In this document: one piece after another, positions 27,515 to 37,765 of the stretch | Numbering within the stretch: position 1 is the first letter of the stretch | How the letters are laid out: each line of letters opens with the position of its first letter | Assembly: GCA_963708025.1 (NCBI GenBank) | Contig: CAVPSB010000025.1 | Location: 160,001-224,000, forward strand | Length of the DNA stretch: 64,000 bases | Source: an uncultured Candidatus Rokubacteria bacterium | Lineage (GTDB): Bacteria; Methylomirabilota; Methylomirabilia; Rokubacteriales; DASRDR01 | Direction of reading: 5' to 3' | Program-made: the position numbers and the translations under genes | The notes under the pieces: generated by a model | Told to the model about the DNA's origin: nothing | The model's database searches: none | What the model saw: only the letters and a program-made list of their open reading frames with translations

Positions 27515-28274
27515 CCACACCGCCGGCGAGCTGATGGTCGCGGCCGCCGCCCGGGAGATCCGGGACGGCGAGGTCGTCTTCGTCGGCATGCGGCTCCCGC
27601 TGCTGGCCTTCTGCCTCGCGCGGGCGACCCACGCGCCGAGGGCGGTGGGGCTCTTCGAGAACGGCGTCGTCCGCGACAGCCCGGCCCTGGAGTTCCTCGT
27701 CACGATGTCCGACGGCCCCAACGTCACCGGCGCCCTCTGGTGCACCGAGATGCGGGAGATCATGGGGCTGCTCCAGGCGGGCCGGGTGGACCTCGGGTTC
27801 ATCGGCGGCGCCCAGGTCGATCGCCACGGCAACCTGAACACCACCTGGGTCGGGGCGCCGGGTCGCGCGACGCGCCTGCCCGGCTCGGGGGGTGGGGGCG
27901 ACATCGCCTCGCTCGCGCGCCGCCACGTCGTCATCATGGCCCACGAGCGGCGGCGGTTCGTCGAGCGCGTGGACTACGTCACCTCGCCCGGCTTCGGCGA
28001 CGGGGGCGACTGGCGCCGGCGCGTCGGGCTCCCGGGCGGCGGCCCGTCGGCGGTCATCACGACCCTCGGCCTCTTCCGTTTCGACGCGATGACGCGCGAG
28101 ATGGTCCTCGTCAGCGTCCACCCGGGGGTGACGGTGGCCGACGTGCGGGCCCAGACCGGCTGGCCCCTCGCGACCGCGCCAACCGTGGCCGAGACGCCGC
28201 CGCCGACGGCGGAGGAGCTGGCCGTGATCCGCCGCTTCGACCCCGAGGGGTTCTGGACCGGTGGCCGGGGCTGA
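27504..28274 (+). CDS. CoA-transferase subunit B
   Basis: FVGMRLP, FENG, GGAQVDRHGNLN, RLPGSGGGGD, VDYVTSPG. Confidence 0.88.
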   Translation: MAPDHTAGELMVAAAAREIRDGEVVFVGMRLPLLAFCLARATHAPRAVGLFENGVVRDSPALEFLVTMSDGPNVTGALWCTEMREIMGLLQAGRVDLGFIGGAQVDRHGNLNTTWVGAPGRATRLPGSGGGGDIASLARRHVVIMAHERRRFVERVDYVTSPGFGDGGDWRRRVGLPGGGPSAVITTLGLFRFDAMTREMVLVSVHPGVTVADVRAQTGWPLATAPTVAETPPPTAEELAVIRRFDPEGFWTGGRG

Positions 28275-28280
28275 CGAGGG

Positions 28281-29765
28281 CTACAGCGAGTTGGCGAACA
28301 TCGTCCGGTAGTGGCGGTACCAGTCCGACTGGAAGCGCTCCTCCGGGTCCAGGCGGCGCTTGAGCCGCAGGAACTCCACGAACCGCGGGTGGGCCGCCTC
28401 CACCTGGCGCCGCGTGGCCCACCGGTGATAGGTCAGGTAGTAGCTCCCGCCATAGCGCAGGCCGTGATCGATCAGCCCCCGGAAGGCGTCGGCGGCCCGG
28501 GCCAGGCCGTCCGGCGTGTGGACCACGTGGAGGTTGAAGATCACGCACGCCCATGGCTCGCGTGCCCACGCCAGCAGGGTCTGGTCGTCCCGCTCGATGA
28601 GCCGGATGGTGCCGTAGATGATCTCGACCGGGCTCGTCCGGAAGTCCTCGCGCACGTCGGCCAGGAAGCGGACGAGGGCCGCGCGGGGGACGTAGATCTC
28701 GGTGATCATCTCGGTCGCGCGCGCGGTCGCGCCGAGCCGGCGATCCAGCGCCTCGTGGTAGTTGTCCAGGTAGACGCTCATCTGGTGGGTGTCCGACCAG
28801 TAGAGCTGCCCGGTCGTCGACAGGTAGTACCCGGCGTACTCGCGAAACGCCCGCGTCTTGTCGGCGTGGGAGAGGTAGAGGAGCCGGTTCCAGTCCTCGA
28901 CGCCGAGCTCCTTCTGCGCCTCGGGCATCGGGGCGGCGTCGTCCACCGGGCGATAGCACGAGAAGACGCCGCGGCGGAGGAAGTCCTCGGAGCGGGCGTC
29001 GGTCGCGTACTGGAAGTCGCCGTAGACGAAGCCGTCGGCGATCCGCTGTTCGACGGCCGGCAGCAGCCGATCCAGCTCGATCACTTCCACGACCCGCTGG
29101 ATCTTCCGGCGGGGACTCAGGCGCAGCGTGACCGAGGTGATGACCCCGAAGAGGCCGTAGCCGCCGATCGCCAGCCGGAACAGCTCCGCGTTCTCCTGGC
29201 GGCTGCAGCGCCGGGGCGTCCCCGCGGCATCGACCAGGACGAAGGACTCCACGTCGGCCACGATCGGCGGAAAGCGGAGGCCCCGCCCGTGGACGTTGGC
29301 GGCCAGCGCGCCGCCGATGGTGAGCCGGTCCGCCCCGGTCTGCTTCTGGACGATGCCCCACGGCCGCGGGTGGCCCCGCTGGGCGGCGACCAGGTACTCC
29401 ACCAGCTCCGGCCACTCGATCCCGGCCTCGACCTCGACGCGGCCCCGCTCGGGATCGAAGGCCAGCACCCGGCGCAAGCCCGTCGTGTCGAGGCACACGG
29501 TGCCCGTGCCGAACTGCTGGCCGCCCATCGCGTGCCGCCCGCCGGCGATGCTCAAGGCGGCGCCCCGGGCCCGGGCCTCCCGGACGGCGGCCTGGACGGC
29601 GTCGAGCGAGTCCACGCGCACCAGGCGCGCCACCGCCGTCCGGCTGAGCTGGGCGTGGATGTCGTTGACCCAGACCTGGTCGGGTGGGGCGGCCGGCCGG
29701 GCGCAGGCCGAGGTCCAGCCGGCCAGCGCCGCGCCACCGGCCAGGAAGCGCCGTCGGGTCAGCAT
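28281..29765 (-). CDS. Tat-exported FAD-binding oxidoreductase (VAO/PCMH fold), possible lipoprotein
   Basis: TRRRFL twin-arginine, WTSAC lipobox-like, GGRHAMGGQ, TIGGALAANVHGR, GGYGLFGVI. Confidence 0.85.
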   Translation of the reverse strand: MLTRRRFLAGGAALAGWTSACARPAAPPDQVWVNDIHAQLSRTAVARLVRVDSLDAVQAAVREARARGAALSIAGGRHAMGGQQFGTGTVCLDTTGLRRVLAFDPERGRVEVEAGIEWPELVEYLVAAQRGHPRPWGIVQKQTGADRLTIGGALAANVHGRGLRFPPIVADVESFVLVDAAGTPRRCSRQENAELFRLAIGGYGLFGVITSVTLRLSPRRKIQRVVEVIELDRLLPAVEQRIADGFVYGDFQYATDARSEDFLRRGVFSCYRPVDDAAPMPEAQKELGVEDWNRLLYLSHADKTRAFREYAGYYLSTTGQLYWSDTHQMSVYLDNYHEALDRRLGATARATEMITEIYVPRAALVRFLADVREDFRTSPVEIIYGTIRLIERDDQTLLAWAREPWACVIFNLHVVHTPDGLARAADAFRGLIDHGLRYGGSYYLTYHRWATRRQVEAAHPRFVEFLRLKRRLDPEERFQSDWYRHYRTMFANSL

Positions 29766-30415
29766 CGTTCCTCCCGGACGCCGCGCGTCGCCACGAGCCA
29801 CCGGGCGCCCAGGAACAGGAGGAAGAGCGCGCCCGCCTGGATCACGTGGTACACGGCGTTGTGATTGAAGTAGACGGGATGGAGCCCGAGCCGCGCGCTC
29901 TGGATCGCCGCGGCCAGGAACGTCGCCCCGAGCCCGAGCGCCGCCGCCAGCAGCGGTCGGGCCCCCGTGCGCCGGTAGGCGAGGAGGAGGACCACGAGGA
30001 GGAACGCCGCCGCCGGCAGGTAGCTCGCCACCACGACGGCGAACGTCCGGACACCGCCGGCCACCAGCAGGACGTAGGCGGCGAACGCGAGCAGCGCGGC
30101 GCGCTCGATCCACCGGGCCGCCGTCGCGGGGAACTGGATGCGGGCGCCGACCGCCCAGGCCGCCAGGGTGGTCACGCCGGCCACCAGGAGCGTCATCACC
30201 CAGAGGAGGCGGCCCCCGGCCGACGCGGAGTCGGGAAAGAACCCGTGGACCGTCCCGCCGATCAGCGCCGCGGCGGCGGCCGAGCCGAAGAACAGCACGA
30301 GCCGCCGGCGAAGCGGCTCCCCCGCCTGGCCGCGGCGGGCCAGGAGATACGAGAACGCCGCGCACTCCACGGTCAGGCCGTAGTCGGTCAGCGTGACGTC
30401 GGGCTCGCCGATCAT
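29759..30415 (-). CDS. Multi-pass membrane protein (DUF6962-like)
   Basis: EPDVTLTDY, GGTVHGF, FNHNAVYHVIQ; several hydrophobic helices. Confidence 0.7.
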   Translation of the reverse strand: MIGEPDVTLTDYGLTVECAAFSYLLARRGQAGEPLRRRLVLFFGSAAAAALIGGTVHGFFPDSASAGGRLLWVMTLLVAGVTTLAAWAVGARIQFPATAARWIERAALLAFAAYVLLVAGGVRTFAVVVASYLPAAAFLLVVLLLAYRRTGARPLLAAALGLGATFLAAAIQSARLGLHPVYFNHNAVYHVIQAGALFLLFLGARWLVATRGVREERC

Positions 30416-30837
30416 CGGGACCGCGTGTGGTAGTGGGCCAGGGTGAGGCAGCACGCCGCCAGGACCCAGTGGAAGACGATGGGAATGGTCCCGGTGCCGA
30501 GCCAGCGCCGCTCGGGGTGGAGCGCCATGGTGACGGCATACCGGACCAGCATGACGGTGGCGTAGAGGGCGCCGAACCAGCCGAGCGCCCGGCCGACGCG
30601 AGGGCGCCGGATCACGAAGGCACCGCGACCCCGCGCGAGGTCGGCGGCGATCCAGCCGAGGAGCCCGAGGATCCCGAGCTGGGCGGGGAGGAGGAGCGGG
30701 TAGGGCACGAGCCCCGAGTACCACTCGGCCATCGGCGGCAGGAACCCGACCCCGCCGAACGCCACCAGGGCCTGACCGAGCACCCGGAGGAAGAACAGCC
30801 CGGCCAGCCCCCCCAGCACGGCGGCGTACGCGCGCAC
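30412..30837 (-). CDS. Hypothetical membrane protein
   Basis: Hydrophobic ORF (EWYSGLVPYP, GTIPIVFHWVLA); ATGA overlap with next gene; TAGAAT 6 nt before the GTG. Confidence 0.75.
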   Translation of the reverse strand: MRAYAAVLGGLAGLFFLRVLGQALVAFGGVGFLPPMAEWYSGLVPYPLLLPAQLGILGLLGWIAADLARGRGAFVIRRPRVGRALGWFGALYATVMLVRYAVTMALHPERRWLGTGTIPIVFHWVLAACCLTLAHYHTRSR

Positions 30838-31079
30838 GGCGGCATTCTAGGGGGAGGGGGCTGCCGGCCCCTCGGAAAAAGGCGCCCCGGGGCCCGTGCT
30901 GTTCCGGGTCGATCCGATTTGCTAGAATCGCCGCGCGTGGCAAGGACGCCATGGTCCATGCATCCCGGTCCGCCAGCGTGACGGGGGTCCTCCCCACCCG
31001 GGCCTCTCCGCCTCGGGACCGAGCCGGCCGAGCCGGGGGAGTCCGCCGCTCCGAAGCGCAGAAAGCGAGGCGATCGACC

Positions 31080-32402
31080 ATGCCGAGCCGATCTCGTCGA
31101 AACCTCTGGTGGCTGCTCCTGATCGCCGGGCTCCTGTGGGTGGGCTGGGCGGGCGCGGTCCCGGCCGCGGCCCAGCCGGCGACCGAGCTGCGCGTCGCGT
31201 GGTGGGGGTCGCAGGACCGGCACAATCGCACGATCAAGGCCATCGAGCTCTTCCAGAAGAAGTACCCGCACATCAAGGTGACCTACGAGTTCGCCGGCTG
31301 GGGTGACTACTGGACGAAGATGACCACCCAGGCGGCCGGCCGCAACCTCCCCGACGTCATGCAGCAGGACTACGCCTACATCACGGAGTGGTCGTCCCGC
31401 GGGCTGCTGGCGCCCCTCGACGACTACGTGAAGAGCGGGGCCATCGACACCCGTGAGGTGGCCGACGCCCTGCTGAAGGGCGGCGTGGTCAACGGCAAGC
31501 TGGTGGCCGTCAACCTCGGGTCCAACTCCCAGTGCTGGGCGCTCGACGTGGACGCCTTCCGGAAGGCGGGCGTGGAGCTGCCGCCGCCGAACTGGACGTG
31601 GGCGGACTTCGAGCGGATCGCCAACGCCCTGCACGAGAAGCTGGGCATCTGGGGCATGGGCTCGGGCATCTGGAACGAGCAGATCTGGGGCTCGCTCTAC
31701 TTCTCGGGGGGATCGTGGCGGTACAGCCCCGACGGGACGCGGATCGGCTACGCGGACGACAAGCCCCTGGTGGACTACCTCACCATGCTGCTGCGGCTCC
31801 AGAAGGCCAATGCCCTGGTCCCGCGGGCGGACGAGCTGGCGAGCCACAGCCAGGAGACCAGCGTCGAGCTGACCCCGCTGGTCACCCGCAAGGCGGCGAT
31901 GGCGTACTTCTGGAGCAACCAGCTGGTCGCGGTCTGGAAGGCGGCCGGCGGTGACGAGCGCAACCTCACGCTGATGCCGCTCCCCCGGGTGGTCGGAGGC
32001 AAGTCCGCCAACTACCTGAAGGCGTCCCAGTTCTGGAGCATCACGTCGCACGCCAAGCAGCCCAAAGAGGCCGCGATGTTCGTCGACTTCTTCACGAACT
32101 CCCTCGAGGCGAACGACGCCCTGATGGCCGAGCGCGGGGTGCCGATCTCCAGCAAGGTGCGGCAGCACCTCCAGCCGAAGCTGGGGCGCTCCCAGGCGGA
32201 GATGTTCGCCTACCTGGACCGGGTGGCCAAGGACGTCCAGCCCATCCCGCCGCCCGATCCTCCGGGGCACACCGAGATCGTCAAGAACGTGTTCGTCCCG
32301 CAGGTGATGGATCCCGTGGCGTACGGGCGCCTCAGCCCCGAGAAGGGGGCCGCCCTCCTGCGGCAGGAGGTCAACACGATCCTGGCGAAGGCGAAGAAGT
32401 AG
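31080..32402 (+). CDS. Carbohydrate ABC transporter substrate-binding protein (oligogalacturonide TogB/YesO-like)
   Basis: Signal peptide; LRVAWWGSQDRH, YWTKMTTQAAGRNLPDV, ERGVPIS. Confidence 0.88.
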   Translation: MPSRSRRNLWWLLLIAGLLWVGWAGAVPAAAQPATELRVAWWGSQDRHNRTIKAIELFQKKYPHIKVTYEFAGWGDYWTKMTTQAAGRNLPDVMQQDYAYITEWSSRGLLAPLDDYVKSGAIDTREVADALLKGGVVNGKLVAVNLGSNSQCWALDVDAFRKAGVELPPPNWTWADFERIANALHEKLGIWGMGSGIWNEQIWGSLYFSGGSWRYSPDGTRIGYADDKPLVDYLTMLLRLQKANALVPRADELASHSQETSVELTPLVTRKAAMAYFWSNQLVAVWKAAGGDERNLTLMPLPRVVGGKSANYLKASQFWSITSHAKQPKEAAMFVDFFTNSLEANDALMAERGVPISSKVRQHLQPKLGRSQAEMFAYLDRVAKDVQPIPPPDPPGHTEIVKNVFVPQVMDPVAYGRLSPEKGAALLRQEVNTILAKAKK

Positions 32403-32469
32403 CCACCACGGTGAACGGGCGCGGCGGGGAGCCGGGCCGCCGCGCCCGCGTGGCTCGGAGCCTGATGGA

Positions 32470-32590
32470 CGAATCGCGCGAGCGGCGTGAGCGACGGGTG
32501 ACCGGAGGGGGGGCCCGGGGCCAAAGGCCGAAGGCCGTCCAAGGGAGCGCGCAGCTCCCCCCCGGCCCGGCTGACCAGCGAGACGCAGCA
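32470..32590. repeat. Palindromic intergenic element with nested CCAAAGGCCGAAGGCCGTCCAA module
   Basis: CCGGAGGGGGGGCCCGGGG-module-GGGAGCGCGCAGCTCCCCCCCGG. Confidence 0.6.
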
Positions 32591-33560
32591 TGAACGGGGC
32601 GCGGGCGTCCTCCATCCCGGGTGAGGATCTCCTCCGCACCGGCGCGGGGGGCGAGCGGGCCGTGGCCCGCCGGTTCCGCCTCCGGAGCCACGACGGCGCC
32701 GGGTATGCCTTCATCTCCCCGTGGCTGATCGGCTTCTTCGCCTTCACCCTGCTCCCCATCGCGGCGTCGCTCTACTTCGCCTTCACCGACTACGACATCC
32801 TGACGGCGCCCCGGTGGGTCGGGATGGCGAACTTCCAGCGCATGTTCTTCGAGGACGCCCGGTACCTGCAGGCGGTCACGGTCACCCTCTTCTACGTGGC
32901 CGTCGCCGTGCCCCTGCGGCTGGCCTTCGCGCTGGCGGTGGCGATCCTGCTCAACACGCACCGTCGCGGCGTCAGCGTGTACCGGGCCGCGTACTACGCC
33001 CCGTCGGTGGTGGCCGGCAGCGTGGCGGTCGCCGTCATGTGGCGGCAGGTGTTCGGGACCGAAGGCGTGGTCAACGCCCTCCTGGCCCTCCTGGGCGTCC
33101 CGCCCGTCCGGTGGCTCGGCCACCCCGACGTCGCCATCTGGACCCTGATCACGCTCGCGGTCTGGCAGTTCGGCTCCCCGATGCTCATCTTCCTGGCCGG
33201 GCTGCGGCAGATCCCCCCGAGCTCTACGAGGCGGCCGCCATCGACGGCGCGGGGACGTGGGCGCGCTTCCTCCGGATCACGCTGCCGATGCTCTCGCCGG
33301 TCACGTTCTTCAACCTCGTGATGCAGACCATCACCGGCTTCATGGTCTTCACCCAGGCCTTCATCGTCACCGGCGGCGGGCCCATGGACACCACCCTCTT
33401 CTACGCCCTCTACCTGTACCGGCGCGCCTTCGAGAGCTTCCAGATGGGCTACGCCTCGGCGATGGCGTGGGTGCTGCTGCTGGTGGTGGCCGCGTTCACG
33501 GCGCTCCTGTTCAAGTCGTCCGCCTACTGGGTCTTCTACGAGACGAAGGAGCGCCGGTGA
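32590..33560 (+). CDS. Carbohydrate ABC permease 1, frameshift in C-run near 33215
   Basis: FISPWLIGF...FLAGLRQIP then ELYEAAAIDGA (EAA motif) in the shifted frame. Confidence 0.88.
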
Positions 33561-34411
33561 CGACCGTCCGGGGTCGGAAGGAGCTGCTGCGCACCCTGGT
33601 CTACCACGGGGCGGTCGCCGGGCTGGGCTTCGTGATGCTCTATCCGATCCTGTGGCTGTTCGCCAGCTCCTTCAAGGGGCCGGCGGAGATCTGGGCCGAC
33701 ATGATGTCGCTGGTGCCGCGCCGCTTCAACCTGCAGAACTACGTCGGCGGGTGGGCCGGGTTCGGCGGCATCTCCTTCGCAACGTTCTACAAGAACTCGC
33801 TGATCTACGCCGGCGTGGGGACGGTGGCTGCCGTCGTGTCCTCGGCGGTGATCGCCTACGGGTTCGCGCGCCTCCGCTTCGCCGGGCGGGGGTTCTGGTT
33901 CGGCTGCATGCTGGTCACGCTGATGCTGCCGGTCCAGGTCATCATCATCCCGCAGTACGTCTTCTTCACGAAGCTCAACCTGGTGAACACGTTCTACCCG
34001 CTGCTGCTCCCCCGCTTCTTCGGCATGGCCTTCTTCGTCTTCATGATCATGCAGTTCATCCGAGGGATCCCCCGGGAGCTGGACGAGGCGGCCGAGATCG
34101 ACGGGTGCAGCCAGTTCGGGATCTTCTTCCGGATCATCCTGCCGCTGATCCGGCCCGCGCTGGTCACCGCGGCCATCTTCTCCTTCTACTGGACCTGGGA
34201 GGACTTCCTGACCCCGCTCGTGTACCTCAACGAGCCGAAGCTGTACACGGTGTCGGTGGCCCTCCGCTCGTTCGCGGATTCCACGGGGTCGACCGACTGG
34301 GGCGCGATCTTCGCCATGTCGGCCCTGTCCCTGGTTCCGGTCTTCGTCGTCTTCGTCGTCTTCCAGCGGTATCTCGTCGAAGGCATCAGCACCACGGGCA
34401 TGAAGGGCTAG
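33557..34411 (+). CDS. Carbohydrate ABC permease 2
   Basis: YGFARLRF, IPRELDEAAEIDG, FQRYLVEGISTTG. Confidence 0.92.
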   Translation: MTTVRGRKELLRTLVYHGAVAGLGFVMLYPILWLFASSFKGPAEIWADMMSLVPRRFNLQNYVGGWAGFGGISFATFYKNSLIYAGVGTVAAVVSSAVIAYGFARLRFAGRGFWFGCMLVTLMLPVQVIIIPQYVFFTKLNLVNTFYPLLLPRFFGMAFFVFMIMQFIRGIPRELDEAAEIDGCSQFGIFFRIILPLIRPALVTAAIFSFYWTWEDFLTPLVYLNEPKLYTVSVALRSFADSTGSTDWGAIFAMSALSLVPVFVVFVVFQRYLVEGISTTGMKG

Positions 34412-34418
34412 CGGGGTC

Positions 34419-35457
34419 GTGACCCCGCGGCCGGCTATCCGCTTCGCGGTCATCGGGCTCAACCACGCCCACATCTACGCCCAGACGAACCTGCTGCTCC
34501 GGGCCGGGGCGGAGCTGGTGGCCTTCCACGCCGCCGAGTCCGACCTGGCCGCCGAGTTCGCCGGCCGCTATCCGCGGGCTCGCCGGGCCGCCGGGTGGCG
34601 CGAGATCCTGGAGGACGAGCGCATCCAGCTCGTGGTGAGCGCGGCCGTCCCGTGCGATCGGGCCCCGCTGGGGATCGAGGCGATGCGGCACGGGAAGGAC
34701 TACATGAGCGACAAGCCCGCCGTCACCACTCGGGAGCAGCTGGCCGAGGTCCGGCGCGTGCAGGCGGAGACCCGACGGATCTTCTCGGTGTGCTTCAGCG
34801 AGCGCTTCGAGAACCCGGCCACGGTGCGGGCGGGGGAGCTGGTGAAGGCCGGTGCCATCGGGAAGGTCGTCCAGACGGTCGGCCTGGGCCCCCACCGGCT
34901 CAACGCGCCGAGCCGCCCCCCGTGGTTCTTCCGGCGGGACCGGTACGGCGGCATCCTCGCCGACATCGCCGCCCACCAGGCCGACCAGTTCCTGTTTTTC
35001 ACCGGCTCGACGGAGGCGGAGGTGGTGGCCGCCCAGGTCGCCAACTGGAAGTTCCCGCGGTGGCCGGAGTTCGAGGACTTCGGGGAGATGCTGGTGCGAG
35101 GCAACGGGGGGACCGGCTACATCCGGGTGGACTGGTACACGCCCGACGGGCTCCCCACCTGGGGGGACGGGCGGCTGGTGATTCTCGGGACCGAGGGGTA
35201 CATCGAGCTGCGCAAGTACGTGGACGTCGCCGGGCGTCCCGGCGGCGATCACCTGTTCCTGGTCGAACGGGACGGGGATGCGCCACGTCGACTGCCGCGA
35301 CGGCGACCTCCCCTACGGCCGGCAGCTCGTTGCCGACGTCGTCGACCGGACGGAGACCGCCATGGCGCAGGACCACTGCTTCCTGGCCTGCCGGCTGGTG
35401 CTGGAGGCGGAGGCCATGGCCACGCGACTGGGACACCTCCGGGAGGGCGCCGGGTGA
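34419..35457 (+). CDS. Gfo/Idh/MocA oxidoreductase 1, frameshift near 35277
   Basis: GLNHAHIY, SDKP, GGILADIAAHQ, VDWYTPDGL; C-terminus (RHVDC...LPYG...AQDHCF) in another frame. Confidence 0.85.
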
Positions 35458-36560
35458 CCGCGCGGCTGCGGGTGGCCGTGGTCGGCGGCGGCATCGGCCG
35501 GCAGCACGTCGAGGCCTACCAGAGCCTGCCCGAGCGGTTCGAGGTGGCGGCGATCTGCGACGTGGACGAGGCCCGGGCCCGCGAGCTGGCCGCGGCGCAC
35601 GGGGTCCCGCGCGTCCTGACGGACTTCGACGCGATCTGCCGGATGGACGACCTGGACGTCGTCGACATCTGCACGCCGCCCTACCTGCACGCCGAGCAGG
35701 CCCTCCAGGCCCTGGACGCAGGCCGACACGTGATCTGCGAGAAGCCGCTGGCCGGCTCGCTCGCGCGGGTCGACGAGGTGATCGCCGCCGAGAAGCGCTC
35801 CGGCCGGCGCCTGATGCCGATCTTCCAGTACCGCTTCGGCCACGGGCTCCAGAAGCTCCGGCTCCTGATCGAGGCGGGGGTCGCCGGCCGCGCGTACCTG
35901 ACGACGGTGGAGACCGCCTGGCGGCGCCGCCCGGCCTACTACGCGGTGCCGTGGCGGTCCCGGTGGAAGACGGAGCTCGGCGGGCCGATCGTGAACCTGG
36001 CCGTCCACGGCCACGACCTGGTCTACCACGTGCTGGGCCCGGCCCGGAGCGTGTACGCGTGCCTGACCACGCTCGTGAATCCGATCGAGACGGAGGACTG
36101 CGTGTCGGCCTCGCTCGAGATGGCCGACGGGTCGCTCTGCTCGCTGTCGGTCACGACGGGCTCGGCGGACGAGATCAGCCGGCATCGCTTCTGCTTCCGG
36201 AACCTGAGCGCCGAGAGCCACACCGCGCCGTACCGGAGCTCGGCCGACCCGTGGAAGTTCACCGGCGACTCGCCGGAGATCGACCAGCGGATCGAGGAGA
36301 CCCTGCGCCGATTCGTCCCCCAGCTCGAAGGCTTCGCCGGCCAGTTCGACCGCTTCCACCAGGCGCTGGCCACCGGCACCGAGCTACCCGTCACCCTGGC
36401 GGATGCCCGGGCGTCCGTCGAGCTGATGACCGCGCTCTACCACGCGGCCTGGACCCGCCAGCCGGCCACCCTGCCGCTCGGGACGGATCATCCCCTCTAC
36501 GGCGGCTGGCAGCCCTTAACGCTCCCGCTCAGCGGGCCGGGGCGAGCCCCGGTCCGTTGA
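35454..36560 (+). CDS. Gfo/Idh/MocA oxidoreductase 2 (last codons overlap the attC-like site)
   Basis: VAVVGGGIG, DICTPPYLH, CEKP, AVHGHD. Confidence 0.88.
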   Translation: MTARLRVAVVGGGIGRQHVEAYQSLPERFEVAAICDVDEARARELAAAHGVPRVLTDFDAICRMDDLDVVDICTPPYLHAEQALQALDAGRHVICEKPLAGSLARVDEVIAAEKRSGRRLMPIFQYRFGHGLQKLRLLIEAGVAGRAYLTTVETAWRRRPAYYAVPWRSRWKTELGGPIVNLAVHGHDLVYHVLGPARSVYACLTTLVNPIETEDCVSASLEMADGSLCSLSVTTGSADEISRHRFCFRNLSAESHTAPYRSSADPWKFTGDSPEIDQRIEETLRRFVPQLEGFAGQFDRFHQALATGTELPVTLADARASVELMTALYHAAWTRQPATLPLGTDHPLYGGWQPLTLPLSGPGRAPVR

Positions 36561-36574
36561 AGCTGATGTTGGGC
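36514..36574 (-). mobile_element. Integron attC-like recombination site
   Basis: Minus strand GCCCAAC-ATCAG-CTTCAACGG-ACCGGGG-CTCG-CCCCGGC-CCGCTGAG-CGGGAGC-GTTAAG: RYYYAAC...GTT boxes, L boxes with one extra base, 61 bp. Confidence 0.7.
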
Positions 36575-36655
36575 CGCTCAGCGTTTGCCTCCGAGATCAA
36601 CTCGGAGCCACGGAGCCTCGCCTCATGAGCGGGCATCCTGGCACCGCCTCGACCA

Positions 36656-37627
36656 TCATTCGATCCGGCGATTCGCGAACAGTAGCGTTGCCGACGGCAG
36701 GGTGATGCCGAGCGCGGCCGCCGTCCTCATGTTGAGGACCAGCTCGAACTGGGTTGGCTGCTCGATCGGTAGCTCCGCGGTCCTGGCGCCGCGAAGCAGC
36801 TTGTCTGCATAGGCGGCGAGGCGCACATACGCTTGGCGCTGGTTTGCTCCGTAGCTCATGAGTCCACCCGCGTCGGCATACTCGCTCCAGCCGAACATCG
36901 AGGGTAGCCGCTCGGCGATGGCGAACCGTGCGATCTTGGCCCGCGCCACCATGGTGGCGCCTTCTGGGAAAACCACCATCGCGTCGGCCCTGGCGTCGCG
37001 CAGCGCCGAAAGTCCGCTGTCGAGTTGGGCTCCGCCCGTGAACGGTATGTAGCTCACGGCGAGCCCGAGGGCCCGTGCAGCCTCCTCCGTAGCCCGGCGC
37101 TCGGAGGGCTCCCCTGGGTGATCCGTGTTCGAGAGCAGCGCCAGCTTGCGGATCTGTGGCACGGCCTGCTTGAGAAGTTCGACCCGTTTTGCCGCGATCT
37201 CGAGGGAGAGGAACGTCAGACCTGTGAAATTCCCGCCGGGCCGCCCGAGGCTTGCCGCCAAGCCCAGCTCGACGGGATCACCGCTTATCGCGAACAGAAC
37301 GGGAATGTCCCGCGCTCCCCTGATCGCTCGGATCGCGGGGCCGCTTGACACGATGAAGGCGACTTTCGACTGCGTCAGTTCGGCCACCGCCGTCCGGAGC
37401 GCTTCAAGATCGCGCGTGTAGCGTAGATCCAGAATCACGCTCTGACCCTCGACGTAGCCATGCTGGCGCAGGCCCTCGCGGAACCCGTCGATGAATGGGT
37501 CCGGCTGGGCCTCGGTGGAGATCCACCCGATGCGTGCAGGAAGACCCCGCGGCGGTTGGGCGCCCGCAGGACATGGCACGACCGCCGCGGCGATTCCGAC
37601 TAGGAACGCGCGTCTGTCGATCGCCAT
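36656..37627 (-). CDS. ABC transporter substrate-binding protein (ABC_sub_bind type), orphan
   Basis: IDRRAFL, FREGLRQHGYVEGQ, GDPVELGLAASLGRPGGNFTG, GGLMSYG, LPIEQPTQFELVLN; codon usage visibly less GC3-biased than neighbours. Confidence 0.9.
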   Translation of the reverse strand: MAIDRRAFLVGIAAAVVPCPAGAQPPRGLPARIGWISTEAQPDPFIDGFREGLRQHGYVEGQSVILDLRYTRDLEALRTAVAELTQSKVAFIVSSGPAIRAIRGARDIPVLFAISGDPVELGLAASLGRPGGNFTGLTFLSLEIAAKRVELLKQAVPQIRKLALLSNTDHPGEPSERRATEEAARALGLAVSYIPFTGGAQLDSGLSALRDARADAMVVFPEGATMVARAKIARFAIAERLPSMFGWSEYADAGGLMSYGANQRQAYVRLAAYADKLLRGARTAELPIEQPTQFELVLNMRTAAALGITLPSATLLFANRRIE

Positions 37628-37765
37628 GCGGGAAGTATTTTCCTGGAGGAGGTCACGGACCATCCGCCCATCCGGTCCCGGTCCGCCCAGTGAGGCTTCA
37701 GCTGCGAAAGCCCGAGCAAGGCGAGGGTTTCCGCAGCCAAAAGCCTGAGTGTAGATCCGTGTAGA

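Noticed and set aside
23531-27937. 1468-aa giant ORF
   Set aside because: The N-terminal ~460 aa are the antisense shadow of the CoA-transferase genes; the likely start is ATG 26545
34419-36560. 713-aa fused double oxidoreductase in the ORF track
   Set aside because: A frameshift near 35277 joins Gfo1 to the Gfo2 frame; Gfo1's real C-terminus and a GTGA overlap at 35454-57 are visible
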